Position numbers and translations under genes: made by a program. Below, one piece after another: positions 15,207-23,966 of a DNA stretch of 32,000 bases. The DNA comes from Synechococcus sp. A15-24 (lineage in GTDB: Bacteria > Cyanobacteriota > Cyanobacteriia > PCC-6307 > Cyanobiaceae), in contig NZ_CP047960.1 in NCBI RefSeq assembly GCF_014280195.1, positions 720,001 to 752,000 of the forward strand, read 5' to 3'. Under the pieces are notes generated by a model. The model had not been told where the DNA came from, did not search any database, and saw nothing but the letters and a program-made list of their open reading frames with translations. How positions within the stretch are numbered: position 1 is the first letter of the stretch; each line of letters begins with the position of its first letter.

Positions 15207-15743
15207 TTGTCGTTGCCCCTGCGCTCCCTGGCCAATGGCCTCACCATCGCCCGCGCGGTCGCCGGTTTACCGTTAATCATGGCGCTGCAGGCAGACGCGG
15301 CTGCCCTGGCCTGGTGGTTGCTGCTGATGGCAGGCCTCAGCGATGCCGCCGATGGCTGGCTGGCCCGTCGAGCCGGCGGCGGCAGCAGCTGGGGGGCACG
15401 GCTGGATCCACTCACGGACAAAGTGCTGATTGCAGCCCCTCTTCTCTGGCTAGCCGCCGCCGGAACCCTGCCGCTCTGGGCTGTCTGGCTGTTGCTGGCC
15501 CGGGAACTGCTGATTTCCGGCTGGCGCTCCCAGGCGGGAGATGGGGGGCCGGCATCGCTGGCGGGGAAAGCCAAGACCGTGCTGCAGTTCCTGGCGCTGC
15601 TGCTGATGCTCTGGCCCCCTTCCTGGAGCGGGCATCAGCAGCTGGTGGTTGCCGGTTGGTGGTTGTTCTGGCCGTCGCTGCTGCTGGCGGTCAGTTCAGC
15701 CGTCGCTTACATCAGGCCCCTATCAGGGCCGCATCAGCGCTGA
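15207..15743 (+). CDS. pgsA: CDP-diacylglycerol--glycerol-3-phosphate 3-phosphatidyltransferase
   Basis: The CDP-alcohol phosphatidyltransferase signature is DAADGWLARRAGGGSSWGARLDPLTDK (D-G-x2-A-R-x8-G-x3-D-x3-D). The product is 178 aa and polytopic. The start is TTG, so the exact start is uncertain. Confidence 0.85.
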   Translation: MSLPLRSLANGLTIARAVAGLPLIMALQADAAALAWWLLLMAGLSDAADGWLARRAGGGSSWGARLDPLTDKVLIAAPLLWLAAAGTLPLWAVWLLLARELLISGWRSQAGDGGPASLAGKAKTVLQFLALLLMLWPPSWSGHQQLVVAGWWLFWPSLLLAVSSAVAYIRPLSGPHQR

Positions 15744-16638
15744 AATCGGGCTCCGTTGTCGGAGTTTTGGCGTAGTCGTTCTGGAAGCTGTCCGCCAGAC
15801 CCTTGGCCAGATCAAACCGGGGTTGCCAGGCCAGTTCCCGCTCAACCCGCGTGATGTCGGTTAGGAAATGGTTGAGCCGCAGGGGGAAGGCCTGGCGGGC
15901 TTTGGGGTCCAGGCCGGATGGATCGAAGGGGCGCAGCTCCACCGCATCCGGATCTTTGCTGCAGGCAACCGCCGCTGCCCGGATCAAGCCGCGGAAGGTG
16001 ATGCCCTGTTTGCCGGAGCAGTTGTAGATGCGGTTTGCGGCAGCCTCAACATCGATGCAGCGCGCCATCGCTTCGGCCAGATCATTCACGTGGCCGAGCT
16101 GGGTGATCGTGCTGCCGTCGCCAGGCAGTGGCACCGGACGGTCGTGGGTGATCCGATCAAAGAACCAGCGTTCAACGGGGTTGTAGTTGCCGGGTCCGTA
16201 GATGTAAGTGGGGCGGAAGCTGGTGAAGGGAATGCCTTCGGAGCGCAACCAGGTCTCGGTGTCAGCCTTGCCGGCGTGGCGGCTGTTCGGGTCGGTGGCG
16301 GCGGTTTCGTCCAGGGGCCACAGCTCAGACCCGGCGTAGACCCCGGCGGAACTCACGTAAACGAACCGATGGCGTGGGGCTCCTGTGATCTCCACCACCC
16401 GCCGGCTGTCCTCCAGCTTGCGGCCGGAGCTATCGACGATCACATCGAACTGTCGTCCTTCCAGCGGGCTCAGTCCTTCGCTGCTGCTGCGGTCGCCGCT
16501 GAGGTGCTCAACGCCTTCAGGCACGGCGTTGCGGCCCCGTGTGAACAGGGTGAGGGCATGCCCCTGGGCTTGAAGCCTGGCCACCAAGGGCTTGCCGACG
16601 AAACGGGTCCCCCCCATCACCAGGATCTTCACGGCCAC
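15712..16638 (-). CDS. NAD-dependent epimerase/dehydratase family protein (CSP41-like SDR)
   Basis: The N-terminal Rossmann motif is KILVMGGTRFVGKPLVARL. The product is 308 aa with an extended-SDR layout. Its 3' end overlaps pgsA by 32 nt. Confidence 0.85.
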   Translation of the reverse strand: MAVKILVMGGTRFVGKPLVARLQAQGHALTLFTRGRNAVPEGVEHLSGDRSSSEGLSPLEGRQFDVIVDSSGRKLEDSRRVVEITGAPRHRFVYVSSAGVYAGSELWPLDETAATDPNSRHAGKADTETWLRSEGIPFTSFRPTYIYGPGNYNPVERWFFDRITHDRPVPLPGDGSTITQLGHVNDLAEAMARCIDVEAAANRIYNCSGKQGITFRGLIRAAAVACSKDPDAVELRPFDPSGLDPKARQAFPLRLNHFLTDITRVERELAWQPRFDLAKGLADSFQNDYAKTPTTEPDFSADAALIGA

Positions 16639-16699
16639 ACTGCAAAAGCGCAGCTATTGAAGCGCGGAGCTGCAGGATGGGCCCAGACGTCTCACCGGC

Positions 16700-17467
16700 A
16701 TGGAGATCCTTCCCGCTATTGATCTGCTGGACGGAGCCTGCGTGCGCCTGCACCAGGGGGATTACGAGCAGGTCACCCGTTTCAGCGATGACCCGGTCGC
16801 TCAGGCCCTCAGTTGGCAGCAGCAGGGCGCAACCCAGCTGCACCTGGTGGATCTCGATGGTGCCAAGCGGGGAGAACCGGTGAATGATGCCGCCGTCCAG
16901 GCGATCACATCAGCCCTGGACATCCCGGTGCAGCTCGGTGGCGGCGTCCGCTCCCTGGAACGGGCCGAGCAGTTGCTCGCCTGCGGTCTTGATCGCGTGA
17001 TCCTCGGCACCGTGGCGATCGAGCAGCCCGACCTGGTTCGATCCCTCGCCGAGCTGTATCCCGGTCGGATCGTGGTGGGAATCGATGCCAAGGACGGGCG
17101 GGTGGCCACCCGCGGCTGGATTGAGCAGAGCGATGTCCTGGCGACGGACCTGGCCAGAACCTTCAGCAGCGCCGGGATTGCCGCGATCATCACCACCGAT
17201 ATCGCCACCGATGGCACCCTGGCCGGGCCGAACCTCGAGGCTCTCAGGGCCATGGCGGCAAGCAGCAGCGTTCCGGTGATCGCCTCCGGTGGCATTGGCT
17301 GCATGGCGGATCTGCTGTCTCTCCTGCCCCTGGAACCACTCGGTGTGAGTGGTGTGATCGTCGGTCGTGCCCTGTACGACGGTCGTGTCGATCTGGCGGA
17401 AGCGGTGCGGGCGCTGGCGGAGCCGAGGCTGCAGGACATCACAGCGGTTGCAGCGGACCTGGCTTGA
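16700..17467 (+). CDS. hisA: 1-(5-phosphoribosyl)-5-[(5-phosphoribosylamino)methylideneamino]imidazole-4-carboxamide isomerase
   Basis: MEILPAIDLLDGACVRLHQGDY...LHLVDLDGAK...VQLGGGVRS...IASGGI...GVIVGRALY are canonical HisA blocks. The product is 255 aa. Confidence 0.95.
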   Translation: MEILPAIDLLDGACVRLHQGDYEQVTRFSDDPVAQALSWQQQGATQLHLVDLDGAKRGEPVNDAAVQAITSALDIPVQLGGGVRSLERAEQLLACGLDRVILGTVAIEQPDLVRSLAELYPGRIVVGIDAKDGRVATRGWIEQSDVLATDLARTFSSAGIAAIITTDIATDGTLAGPNLEALRAMAASSSVPVIASGGIGCMADLLSLLPLEPLGVSGVIVGRALYDGRVDLAEAVRALAEPRLQDITAVAADLA

Positions 17468-17504
17468 TCGGTCGTCTTAAGCTGGTGTTATCAATTGCCA
17501 TTGA

Positions 17505-17996
17505 GTGATCAGGCTCTCGACTCCTGGATCAGCTGCAGGCCTGCCCGGTGAGGGGCTGCAGGGGGTGTTCGAGCGCTGCCGAGAGCTGGGTATGCGGTTA
17601 AGCCGTCAGCGCCGGATGGTGCTTGATTTGCTCTGGAGCGAACAAAGTCACCTCAGTGCCAGAGACATCTTCGAAAAGCTCAATGCCCGAGGGCGGAGCA
17701 TTGGCCATACATCCGTCTATCAGAACCTGGAGGCCCTGCAGTCCGCTGGGGTGATCGAGTGTCTGGATCGTGCCAATGGTCGGCTCTACGGCTACCGCAG
17801 TGATCCCCACAGCCATCTCACCTGCCTCGATACCGGTGTGATCGAGGACATCGATGTGGAATTGCCGGATGATCTGCTCGACCAGATTCAACGGCGCACA
17901 GGCTTTCGGATCGAGTCCTACACCCTGCAGCTGAACGGGCGACGCCCACTGGAGCGATACGGCCAGGCTCGTTACCTTGACGACAACTCGTACTGA
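17505..17996 (+). CDS. Fur-family transcriptional regulator (metal/peroxide type not assignable)
   Basis: The winged-helix part is LSRQRRMVLDLLWSEQSHLSARDIFEKLNARGRSIGHTSVYQNLEALQSAGVI. The dimerisation part carries HSHLTCLDTG. The second Cys of the usual CxxC is Thr, and there is no C-terminal CxxC. The start is ambiguous between GTG 17505 and ATG 17592. Confidence 0.8.
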   Translation: MIRLSTPGSAAGLPGEGLQGVFERCRELGMRLSRQRRMVLDLLWSEQSHLSARDIFEKLNARGRSIGHTSVYQNLEALQSAGVIECLDRANGRLYGYRSDPHSHLTCLDTGVIEDIDVELPDDLLDQIQRRTGFRIESYTLQLNGRRPLERYGQARYLDDNSY

Positions 17997-18001
17997 ACCG
18001 C

Positions 18002-19612
18002 TTGGCTCCCTCAGCTCCGGTACGGATTCTGTTGTTGGCACAGGACCTGCTTGGGGAATCGCTGGCCCTGCAGCTCACCCGTCAACAGTCCGACTGGGAG
18101 GTGTCGCTGCGCCCGGATGCGTTGAACGGTCATCCCCAGATCGTGATCTGGTCCATCGACAAACTTCCATCCCTGAGCGCATTGCAACGGGAGGTGCTGC
18201 TGCTTCAGGAGCGCTGGCATCCGGCCCCATTGCTTCTGCTGTTGCCGGTGAATGTTGAGGCCAGCCGTGATCAGCTGCTTATCCTCAGCGCAGAAGGGCT
18301 GCTGCAGAACGGCGACTGCGCCCAGTTGCAGGAGGCCATCGATACCCTGCTGCAGGGTGGTCGGACCGTTCGGCTTCAAACCGTTGCGCCTCCGTCCGAG
18401 CCGCCTTCCCTAGGGCTGGCTCAGTCGCTGCTGCTCAGTGGACTGCAGCAGATCAGCAATGACCTGCAGGTGATCGAAGCCCTGCTCAATCCACCTCCGC
18501 AGTCTTGGTTGTTGTGCATGCTGCTGGAAGGCCGCTGCCGTGAGCTGCGCAGTGCTCGCGCGCTGCTGCTGTGGCTGTGGGGCCCTCTGCAGGTGGGTCT
18601 GGAGGATGCCGTTTCCCTGCGGGTGCCGATGCAGCCTTCCCCTTCAGCGGGGGAGTCGACGGCGATCACCCTGCGTCAACGCAATGCGCTGGCGGTGTGG
18701 AACTCCATCCGTGAGCGGTTGGACGGTTCTGTTCAGACCGGTCTCAGCAATGCCACCGGTCGCCTCCTGGCGATTGAGGGGCTGCACCCCGATCGTCGTC
18801 GCGAGCTGCTGCTGGCTCTGCTGCAGCAGCTGGATCGCGTGCTGGCACGGATGCGCCAGGAGGATCCAGCGCCGGCGCGCTGGTCGTCGCTTCAGCCCGA
18901 ATTACGCCGACAGGCCCTTACCGCGATGGCCGGTAGCTACGTGCAGATTCCGAGGGACGGTGCTCTGCAACCGGTGGCCTCCACGCTGCTGGCCTCCGCC
19001 GACCTTGAGGGAGTCGATGACGAGATGCCGGATCCTGCCTCGATGCTGCTGCCGCTGCTGGCGGATCAGCCGGTGCTGGTGAACGGACAGCTGCTGCCGG
19101 CTGATGATCCAAGGGCACTGCTGCAACTGGAAACACTGGTGAGCAACTGGCTGGTGCGCACCGCTGAGTTGATTGGAGCTGAGCTGCTGGAGGCCTGCGG
19201 CGAGTGGCCGGAACTGCGCCGCTATCTGTTGGGGGATCGCCTGCTGGCGACCCGGGAACTGGATCGACTGCGCAATCAGCTAAACAACCAGCTGCGCTGG
19301 TCCGAATGGATTGAGCGACCAATTCAGTTGTACGAAAGCCACCGCACGTTGTTTCAACTCCGCGGTGGACGGATTGAACCGCTGCAGCTGACGGAGCCCC
19401 GCGATCAGGAGCTCAACAGCCTGGGGTGGTGGCAGCGTCAGGTGGCGTTGCTGCTGGAGACCCGAGATGCTCTGGCGCCTCAGCTGCAGGCCTTGGTGCG
19501 CCGTCTTGGCGATCTGGCCGTGGTGCTGCTCACCCAGGTACTGGGGAGAGCGATCGGTCTGGTCGGTCGAGGGATCGCCCAGGGGATGGGTCGCAGTCTG
19601 GGGCGCGGCTGA
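18002..19612 (+). CDS. Ycf55-like/DUF3685 protein with degenerate N-terminal receiver-like domain
   Basis: The 536-aa product is Leu/Gln/Arg-rich. The N-terminus (VRILLLAQDLLGESLA...QIVIWSIDKLP...LLLLLP...EGLLQNG...AIDTLLQGG) follows the CheY-like strand/helix pattern but lacks the full acidic pocket. The family assignment is from memory of cyanobacterial/plastid Ycf55. Confidence 0.55.
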   Translation: MAPSAPVRILLLAQDLLGESLALQLTRQQSDWEVSLRPDALNGHPQIVIWSIDKLPSLSALQREVLLLQERWHPAPLLLLLPVNVEASRDQLLILSAEGLLQNGDCAQLQEAIDTLLQGGRTVRLQTVAPPSEPPSLGLAQSLLLSGLQQISNDLQVIEALLNPPPQSWLLCMLLEGRCRELRSARALLLWLWGPLQVGLEDAVSLRVPMQPSPSAGESTAITLRQRNALAVWNSIRERLDGSVQTGLSNATGRLLAIEGLHPDRRRELLLALLQQLDRVLARMRQEDPAPARWSSLQPELRRQALTAMAGSYVQIPRDGALQPVASTLLASADLEGVDDEMPDPASMLLPLLADQPVLVNGQLLPADDPRALLQLETLVSNWLVRTAELIGAELLEACGEWPELRRYLLGDRLLATRELDRLRNQLNNQLRWSEWIERPIQLYESHRTLFQLRGGRIEPLQLTEPRDQELNSLGWWQRQVALLLETRDALAPQLQALVRRLGDLAVVLLTQVLGRAIGLVGRGIAQGMGRSLGRG

Positions 19613-19642
19613 GTCCACAATGGGCCTCCCTGCACCGGCCTG

Positions 19643-20185
19643 ATGGGACGTCTGCTGCCTCGCGTTCTCTGTTGTGTTGTGGCGCTGTTGCTGCTGGTGT
19701 CTCCGGCTCAGGCCGTTCTCAACGACGACAACTACGACGGCAATATCTACGCCCTCTACGCCGGTAACGGCTCCCTAGTGCCCCCGGCCAACACCCTGGA
19801 AGACACCCTGGCTGACCAGCGCACGGCCGTGATCGTCTATTACCTCGATGACAGTGCCGTCAGCAAACGCTTTGCGCCTGTGGTTTCTGAACTGCAGCGT
19901 CTCTGGGGTCGGAGCATCGATCTGTTGCCCCTCACCATTGACCCGCTGCAGGGTCGTCAGCCGACCGGTGCTGCTGATCCCGCCAGTTACTGGCGGGGGC
20001 AGATTCCGCAAGTGGTTGTGATCGATCCCAAAGGCGAGGTGGTGTTTGATCAGGAGGGACAGGTCTCCCTCGGTTCGATCAATGACGCCATCAGCCGTGC
20101 CACCGGTCTGCCGGCCCCTGAGTTGCCGGCGATCAACCAGGAAGGCAGCTTCAACGAGGTGAACATCGAGGTCACCACCCGCTGA
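19643..20185 (+). CDS. Signal-peptide-bearing thioredoxin-fold-like protein (resembles 'thylakoid membrane photosystem I accumulation factor' family)
   Basis: The signal peptide is MGRLLPRVLCCVVALLLLVSPAQA. The body (VIVYYLDDSAVSKRFAPVVSEL...QVVVIDPKGEVVFDQEG) resembles a thioredoxin fold without CxxC. The family name is recalled, not verified. Confidence 0.55.
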   Translation: MGRLLPRVLCCVVALLLLVSPAQAVLNDDNYDGNIYALYAGNGSLVPPANTLEDTLADQRTAVIVYYLDDSAVSKRFAPVVSELQRLWGRSIDLLPLTIDPLQGRQPTGAADPASYWRGQIPQVVVIDPKGEVVFDQEGQVSLGSINDAISRATGLPAPELPAINQEGSFNEVNIEVTTR

Positions 20186-20219
20186 TCGGCTTACGCTGCC
20201 GCGCAGCTGGTTCACCGTT

Positions 20220-21380
20220 GTGTCGCTGCTGATCGCCCCCCTGGCCCTCGGAGCGGGGGTGGCCTGGTTGGAAGCCCGCCACCGGTTGAGGCCTGCTTCT
20301 CCCCTGCGGCTGATGGCCAGGGACTGGACGATCACCTCCCTTGCGGGTGTGTTGCGTGTCGACGGTGTGCTGGAGATCAGCAACCCCCATTCACGCATGG
20401 AGGTGTTCGTGCCGGAGCTGCGGGTGGACCCCACCCTGCTGGGCAAGGCTGATCTCTCCGGTCTCACCGTCACCACAAGAATCCAGGCCGATCATCCCGA
20501 TGAGGAGACCCGTGCTGATGGCTACTGGGCCGCATATATCGTCAAGGGCCGGAAGACCACCCGAGCCCGGGTGACGATTGAGATCCGTGGTGGCGCGGCG
20601 TTGGAGCTGGTCGACACGCTCTGGGTCGATGTGCAATGGATCAATTACGGCCCCTTCGGACGTCTCTCCCGCCGTCAGGGGGTTCCTGTGCCGCTGCGCT
20701 GTCCAGACCCGCTGCCTGCTGATCAGGCTCCCTGGCAGTCGGGAGAGGGCTGCAGCGTTCTGCCCTTGAAAACCCACCTGCTGGGCCCACTCGATGATCC
20801 GATCGAGGTGTTGCGGCGGTATGCAGCCCCTCTCCTTCAACCCGGCGATGTGCTCACGATCGGCGAGACACCGCTGGCCGTGATTCAAGGCCGCTACCAG
20901 CACCCAAGCGAGGTGGAACCAGGCATGGTGGCCAGGTTGGCCTGCCGGGTGTTTCACCCCACCAGCAGCCTGGCGACAGCGTGCGGAATGCAGACCCTGA
21001 TCGATGTGGTGGGCCCCACCCGGGTGATCGCGGCCTGGATCGGCGGTCTGCTGATGAAACTGGTGTCGATTCCGGGTGGCTTCTATCGCCTGGCGGGGGA
21101 TCAGGCCCGCCTAATTGATGACATCACAGGAACCACTCCGCCGTACGACCAGACCATCGTTCTGGGACCAGAACGGTCAGCGTCGTTCTGTGCCGAGGCC
21201 TCGGCGGCTCTTGGCGTTGATGTCGCCATCGTCGACGTCAACGATCTCGGTCGGGTCAAGGTGCTGGCCTCCAGTTCCGGCTGCGATGAACCACTGCTGC
21301 AGCGCGCCTTGAAGCCGAACCCGGCTGGCAATGCCAACCAGCGCACACCACTGGTTTTGGTGCGTCCAGGTCGCGGTTGA
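20220..21380 (+). CDS. CofE-like (F420-0:gamma-glutamyl ligase fold) domain protein with N-terminal TM helix and unknown domain
   Basis: GTG start. The N-terminal helix is SLLIAPLALGAGVAWL. The C-terminal half (PGDVLTIGETPLAVIQGR...TPPYDQTIVLGP...VDVAIVDVNDLG) matches the CofE-type fold pattern. Confidence 0.55.
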   Translation: MSLLIAPLALGAGVAWLEARHRLRPASPLRLMARDWTITSLAGVLRVDGVLEISNPHSRMEVFVPELRVDPTLLGKADLSGLTVTTRIQADHPDEETRADGYWAAYIVKGRKTTRARVTIEIRGGAALELVDTLWVDVQWINYGPFGRLSRRQGVPVPLRCPDPLPADQAPWQSGEGCSVLPLKTHLLGPLDDPIEVLRRYAAPLLQPGDVLTIGETPLAVIQGRYQHPSEVEPGMVARLACRVFHPTSSLATACGMQTLIDVVGPTRVIAAWIGGLLMKLVSIPGGFYRLAGDQARLIDDITGTTPPYDQTIVLGPERSASFCAEASAALGVDVAIVDVNDLGRVKVLASSSGCDEPLLQRALKPNPAGNANQRTPLVLVRPGRG

Positions 21381-21417
21381 GCACTACATTGAGCGTGGTT
21401 GCGTCCGGGGGGGAGAA

Positions 21418-22413
21418 ATGACAGCACAACCCCCGCAGCCCCTGAGGGTTGAACCCCTCAACCCAATACATCTAGCCTGGTTTCCGCAGCTTCAGACCGT
21501 GCTGCTGGGCGACTGGCTGGCTCGGGTTGAGCAACGCTTTCCGGATCTGCTGCCGTGTCGCTCACCCCGCTGCTTCATCGCGCTGGATGCGGACGGCCCT
21601 CTGGCCGCTGTTGTGGTGCAACCGATCAACCGCCGCGGTAGCTGCTGGACCTTGCAGCGGCCCCAGCAGTTGGTGCGCGAGAGCGGCCATGGGTTCAGAA
21701 CAGTGCAGCGCACCCTTCTGCAGACCGTGCTTCAGCAGGGTGATCGTCAGGTCGGCAGCTGGGTGATCCGCTGCCCTGCCGGCGATGCCGATGCCATTGC
21801 CCTGTTGCGAGAACTCGGTTTCCAACCGCTTCGACCGTTTCAGGTGTGGCATCCCCCAGCCAACTCATCAGCGCCGCTGCAGCCGCTGCCCCAGGGGCTG
21901 ACCTGGCAGCCGATCAACCGCCGCAATGCCCAGCGCCTCTGGCCGATTGAACAGGGAGGCTGTTTCAGCCATCTGCGCCAGATAACCGATCGCCATTGGT
22001 TGGATCTGCTCGATCGTCGCGGTCCGGGCTGTGGTGTCTTGATGGCTGGTGATGCCGTGCTGGCGGGATGTTTGCGCCTGGGGGAAGGCGAGGATCAGCA
22101 CACGTTGGAACTGATCCGCGATGTGGCCTGGGATCCCCGTCTCGATCAGGCCCTTCCGCAGCTGTTGCGTCGGCTTCAACGGCAGGGCTGCGTCGCCGGG
22201 CTGAGCACGGCTCTGGATGATGCGCCGATGGCCGAATTGCTCAACCGTGAAGGCTGGCGTCGTGGTGAAGAGCAGTTGTTGATGGGTCGCAGCATGTGGC
22301 GACGTCAGACAGCCCCCCGCAACCTGCAGCTCAGCCGTTCCTTCGATCAGGTCCTGGGTCGCCTGCGTCCCCAGGGGCAACCCATGCCATCCCCGAGTCT
22401 GGGTCGCCGCTGA
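21418..22413 (+). CDS. Hypothetical protein, possibly tandem GNAT-like acetyltransferase fold
   Basis: Internal ATG 21418 is preceded by GGGGGGAGAA. The segments ...AAVVVQPINRRGSCWTLQ...DAIALLRELGFQPLRPF and ...AELLNREGWRRGEEQLLM resemble GNAT beta4-alpha3 and C-terminal motifs. Support is weak. Confidence 0.4.
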   Translation: MTAQPPQPLRVEPLNPIHLAWFPQLQTVLLGDWLARVEQRFPDLLPCRSPRCFIALDADGPLAAVVVQPINRRGSCWTLQRPQQLVRESGHGFRTVQRTLLQTVLQQGDRQVGSWVIRCPAGDADAIALLRELGFQPLRPFQVWHPPANSSAPLQPLPQGLTWQPINRRNAQRLWPIEQGGCFSHLRQITDRHWLDLLDRRGPGCGVLMAGDAVLAGCLRLGEGEDQHTLELIRDVAWDPRLDQALPQLLRRLQRQGCVAGLSTALDDAPMAELLNREGWRRGEEQLLMGRSMWRRQTAPRNLQLSRSFDQVLGRLRPQGQPMPSPSLGRR

Positions 22414-22414
22414 G

Positions 22415-22888
22415 GTGACCCGACCCTGCTCGGTGCTGAGCTTGGATGTGGGTCGCAAGCGGATTGGCCTGGCCGGCTGCGATCCCCTCGGCATCACTGT
22501 GACGCCGCTGAAGGCGCTGCATCGAGGGCGCTTTGATGCAGATCTCCCCGTGCTGCAACAGCTCTGCCAGGACCGCCGGGTGCAGGGGCTGGTGGTGGGG
22601 CTGCCGCTGGATGCCGCCGGTCAGCCCACAGCCCAGGCGGACCATTGCCGGCGCTACGGCAGGCGTCTCGCCCAGGCCCTGCAGTTGCCCCTGGCTTGGG
22701 TGAACGAGCACAGCAGCACCTGGGCAGCAGGAGAGCGCCATGGGCTGACGGGAGATCGCTCTGGTCGGCTTGACAGTGCGGCTGCGGCGCTGCTGCTGGA
22801 CCAATGGCTCCGAGAGGGGCCGGATCTCAAACCGGTCCAGGGCCTCCAGCACGCCGCGGGCGCAGAGGGGATCGATGATGGATCCTGA
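22415..22888 (+). CDS. ruvX: Holliday junction resolvase-like protein RuvX (YqgF)
   Basis: VLSLDVGRKRIGLAGCD...GLVVGLPLDAAGQPTAQA...WVNEHSSTWAA are YqgF family blocks. GTG lies 1 nt after the upstream stop. Confidence 0.88.
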   Translation: MTRPCSVLSLDVGRKRIGLAGCDPLGITVTPLKALHRGRFDADLPVLQQLCQDRRVQGLVVGLPLDAAGQPTAQADHCRRYGRRLAQALQLPLAWVNEHSSTWAAGERHGLTGDRSGRLDSAAAALLLDQWLREGPDLKPVQGLQHAAGAEGIDDGS

Positions 22889-22893
22889 GCGCA

Positions 22894-23457
22894 GTGAATT
22901 CAGCGTCCATGCGTGACTCGGCCTCTGGCAGCGGTGACGTTCCCACCGTTCTGGTGCGTGACGGTGATGGTCGTGATCTGCTCTGCTTCCTGGAGCAGTT
23001 GATTCCCCTCGACGGCACTGATTACGTCCTGCTGACGCCGGTCGACACGCCGGTGTCTCTGTTTCGACTCCAGGACGATGCTGACCCTGAGCCGATCATC
23101 ACCCTCAACAGCAGTGAATCGATTCTTTCGGTTGCTGATGTGGTGTTGCAGGAGCATGACCTCACCCTCGTGCGGTCTGCAGTCACGCTCACGGTGAGCG
23201 GTGAACTGGATGAACCCGATCCGGATGAGCTGGAGGACGAGGACGACGATGACGGTGACGAGGATTCCGAGACGTTTGAATTGTTGGTGAGCTTCATGGT
23301 CGAGGAGCAGGAGTACGGCCTCTACATTCCGCTCGACCCGTTCTTCGTGGTGGCCCGCATGGTTGATGGCCAGGCGGAATTGGTGGAGGGTGAGGATTTC
23401 GATCGGATTCAGCCGCGCCTTGAAGCGGAGCTTGAGGAGAGGGAATGGCCGGAGTGA
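22894..23457 (+). CDS. DUF3727/DUF1292-like acidic protein
   Basis: Two related modules are present: DGRDLLCFLEQLIPLDGTDYVLLTPVD and FELLVSFMVEEQEYGLYIPLDPFFVVARM. They are separated by an Asp/Glu run (DEPDPDELEDEDDDDGDEDSE). An alternative start is ATG 22909. Confidence 0.6.
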   Translation: MNSASMRDSASGSGDVPTVLVRDGDGRDLLCFLEQLIPLDGTDYVLLTPVDTPVSLFRLQDDADPEPIITLNSSESILSVADVVLQEHDLTLVRSAVTLTVSGELDEPDPDELEDEDDDDGDEDSETFELLVSFMVEEQEYGLYIPLDPFFVVARMVDGQAELVEGEDFDRIQPRLEAELEEREWPE

Positions 23458-23966
23458 GCGCTCAACATCGACTGCAGCCCAGCTGGGATCCGGGATTGAC
23501 CATTGCCCATCTCTCCCTCCCCCATCTGCTGTCTCGAGGGCTGTCCGCCGCTGTGCTGGACGTGGATCGGACCCTGTTGCCCGGTCGCGATGTGACCCTG
23601 CCTGATCCGGTTCTGGTCTGGCTGACGGATGCCAAACGTCGCCTGAAATTGCACCTGTTCAGCAACAACCCGTCCCACGCGCGGATTGCTGCCGTCGCTG
23701 ATCAACTCGGTGTGAGCTTCACCTGCGGTGCCCGCAAACCCAGGCGGGGTGCTCTGCGTCGCGTCATCGATGAGCTTGATCTGCCCCCCGAACGCATCGC
23801 CATGATCGGTGATCGCTTGTTCACCGACGTGTGGTGCGGCAATCGCCTCGGTCTCTACACGGTGCTGGTGCGACCCATCTCTCAGACCGGGCAGCCCTGT
23901 CGCCATGACCGGGTCCAACAGTTGGAGCGTCGTCTCGCCGCTTGGATGGGGGCCCCCACGGCATGA
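23445..23966 (+). CDS. YqeG-family HAD-IIIA phosphatase
   Basis: VLDVDRTLLP (the DxD/T motif region), HLFSNNPS, KPRRGAL and IAMIGDRLFTDVWCGNRLGLYTVLVRPI match the YqeG subfamily. The gene overlaps its upstream neighbour by 13 nt. Confidence 0.8.
   Translation: MAGVSAQHRLQPSWDPGLTIAHLSLPHLLSRGLSAAVLDVDRTLLPGRDVTLPDPVLVWLTDAKRRLKLHLFSNNPSHARIAAVADQLGVSFTCGARKPRRGALRRVIDELDLPPERIAMIGDRLFTDVWCGNRLGLYTVLVRPISQTGQPCRHDRVQQLERRLAAWMGAPTA

Noticed and set aside
17487-17504. Fur-box-like AT-rich element GTTATCAATTGCCATTGA upstream of the Fur-family gene
   Set aside because: Only the CAATTG core is palindromic. The match to the 19-bp Fur consensus is poor when aligned by hand.
17533-17561. Imperfect hairpin CTGCAGGCC...GGCTGCAG after hisA
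   Set aside because: The stem is 8 bp with a bulge and has no U tract. It lies inside the Fur ORF if GTG 17505 is the start. It is noted under the Fur finding only as a start-site ambiguity.
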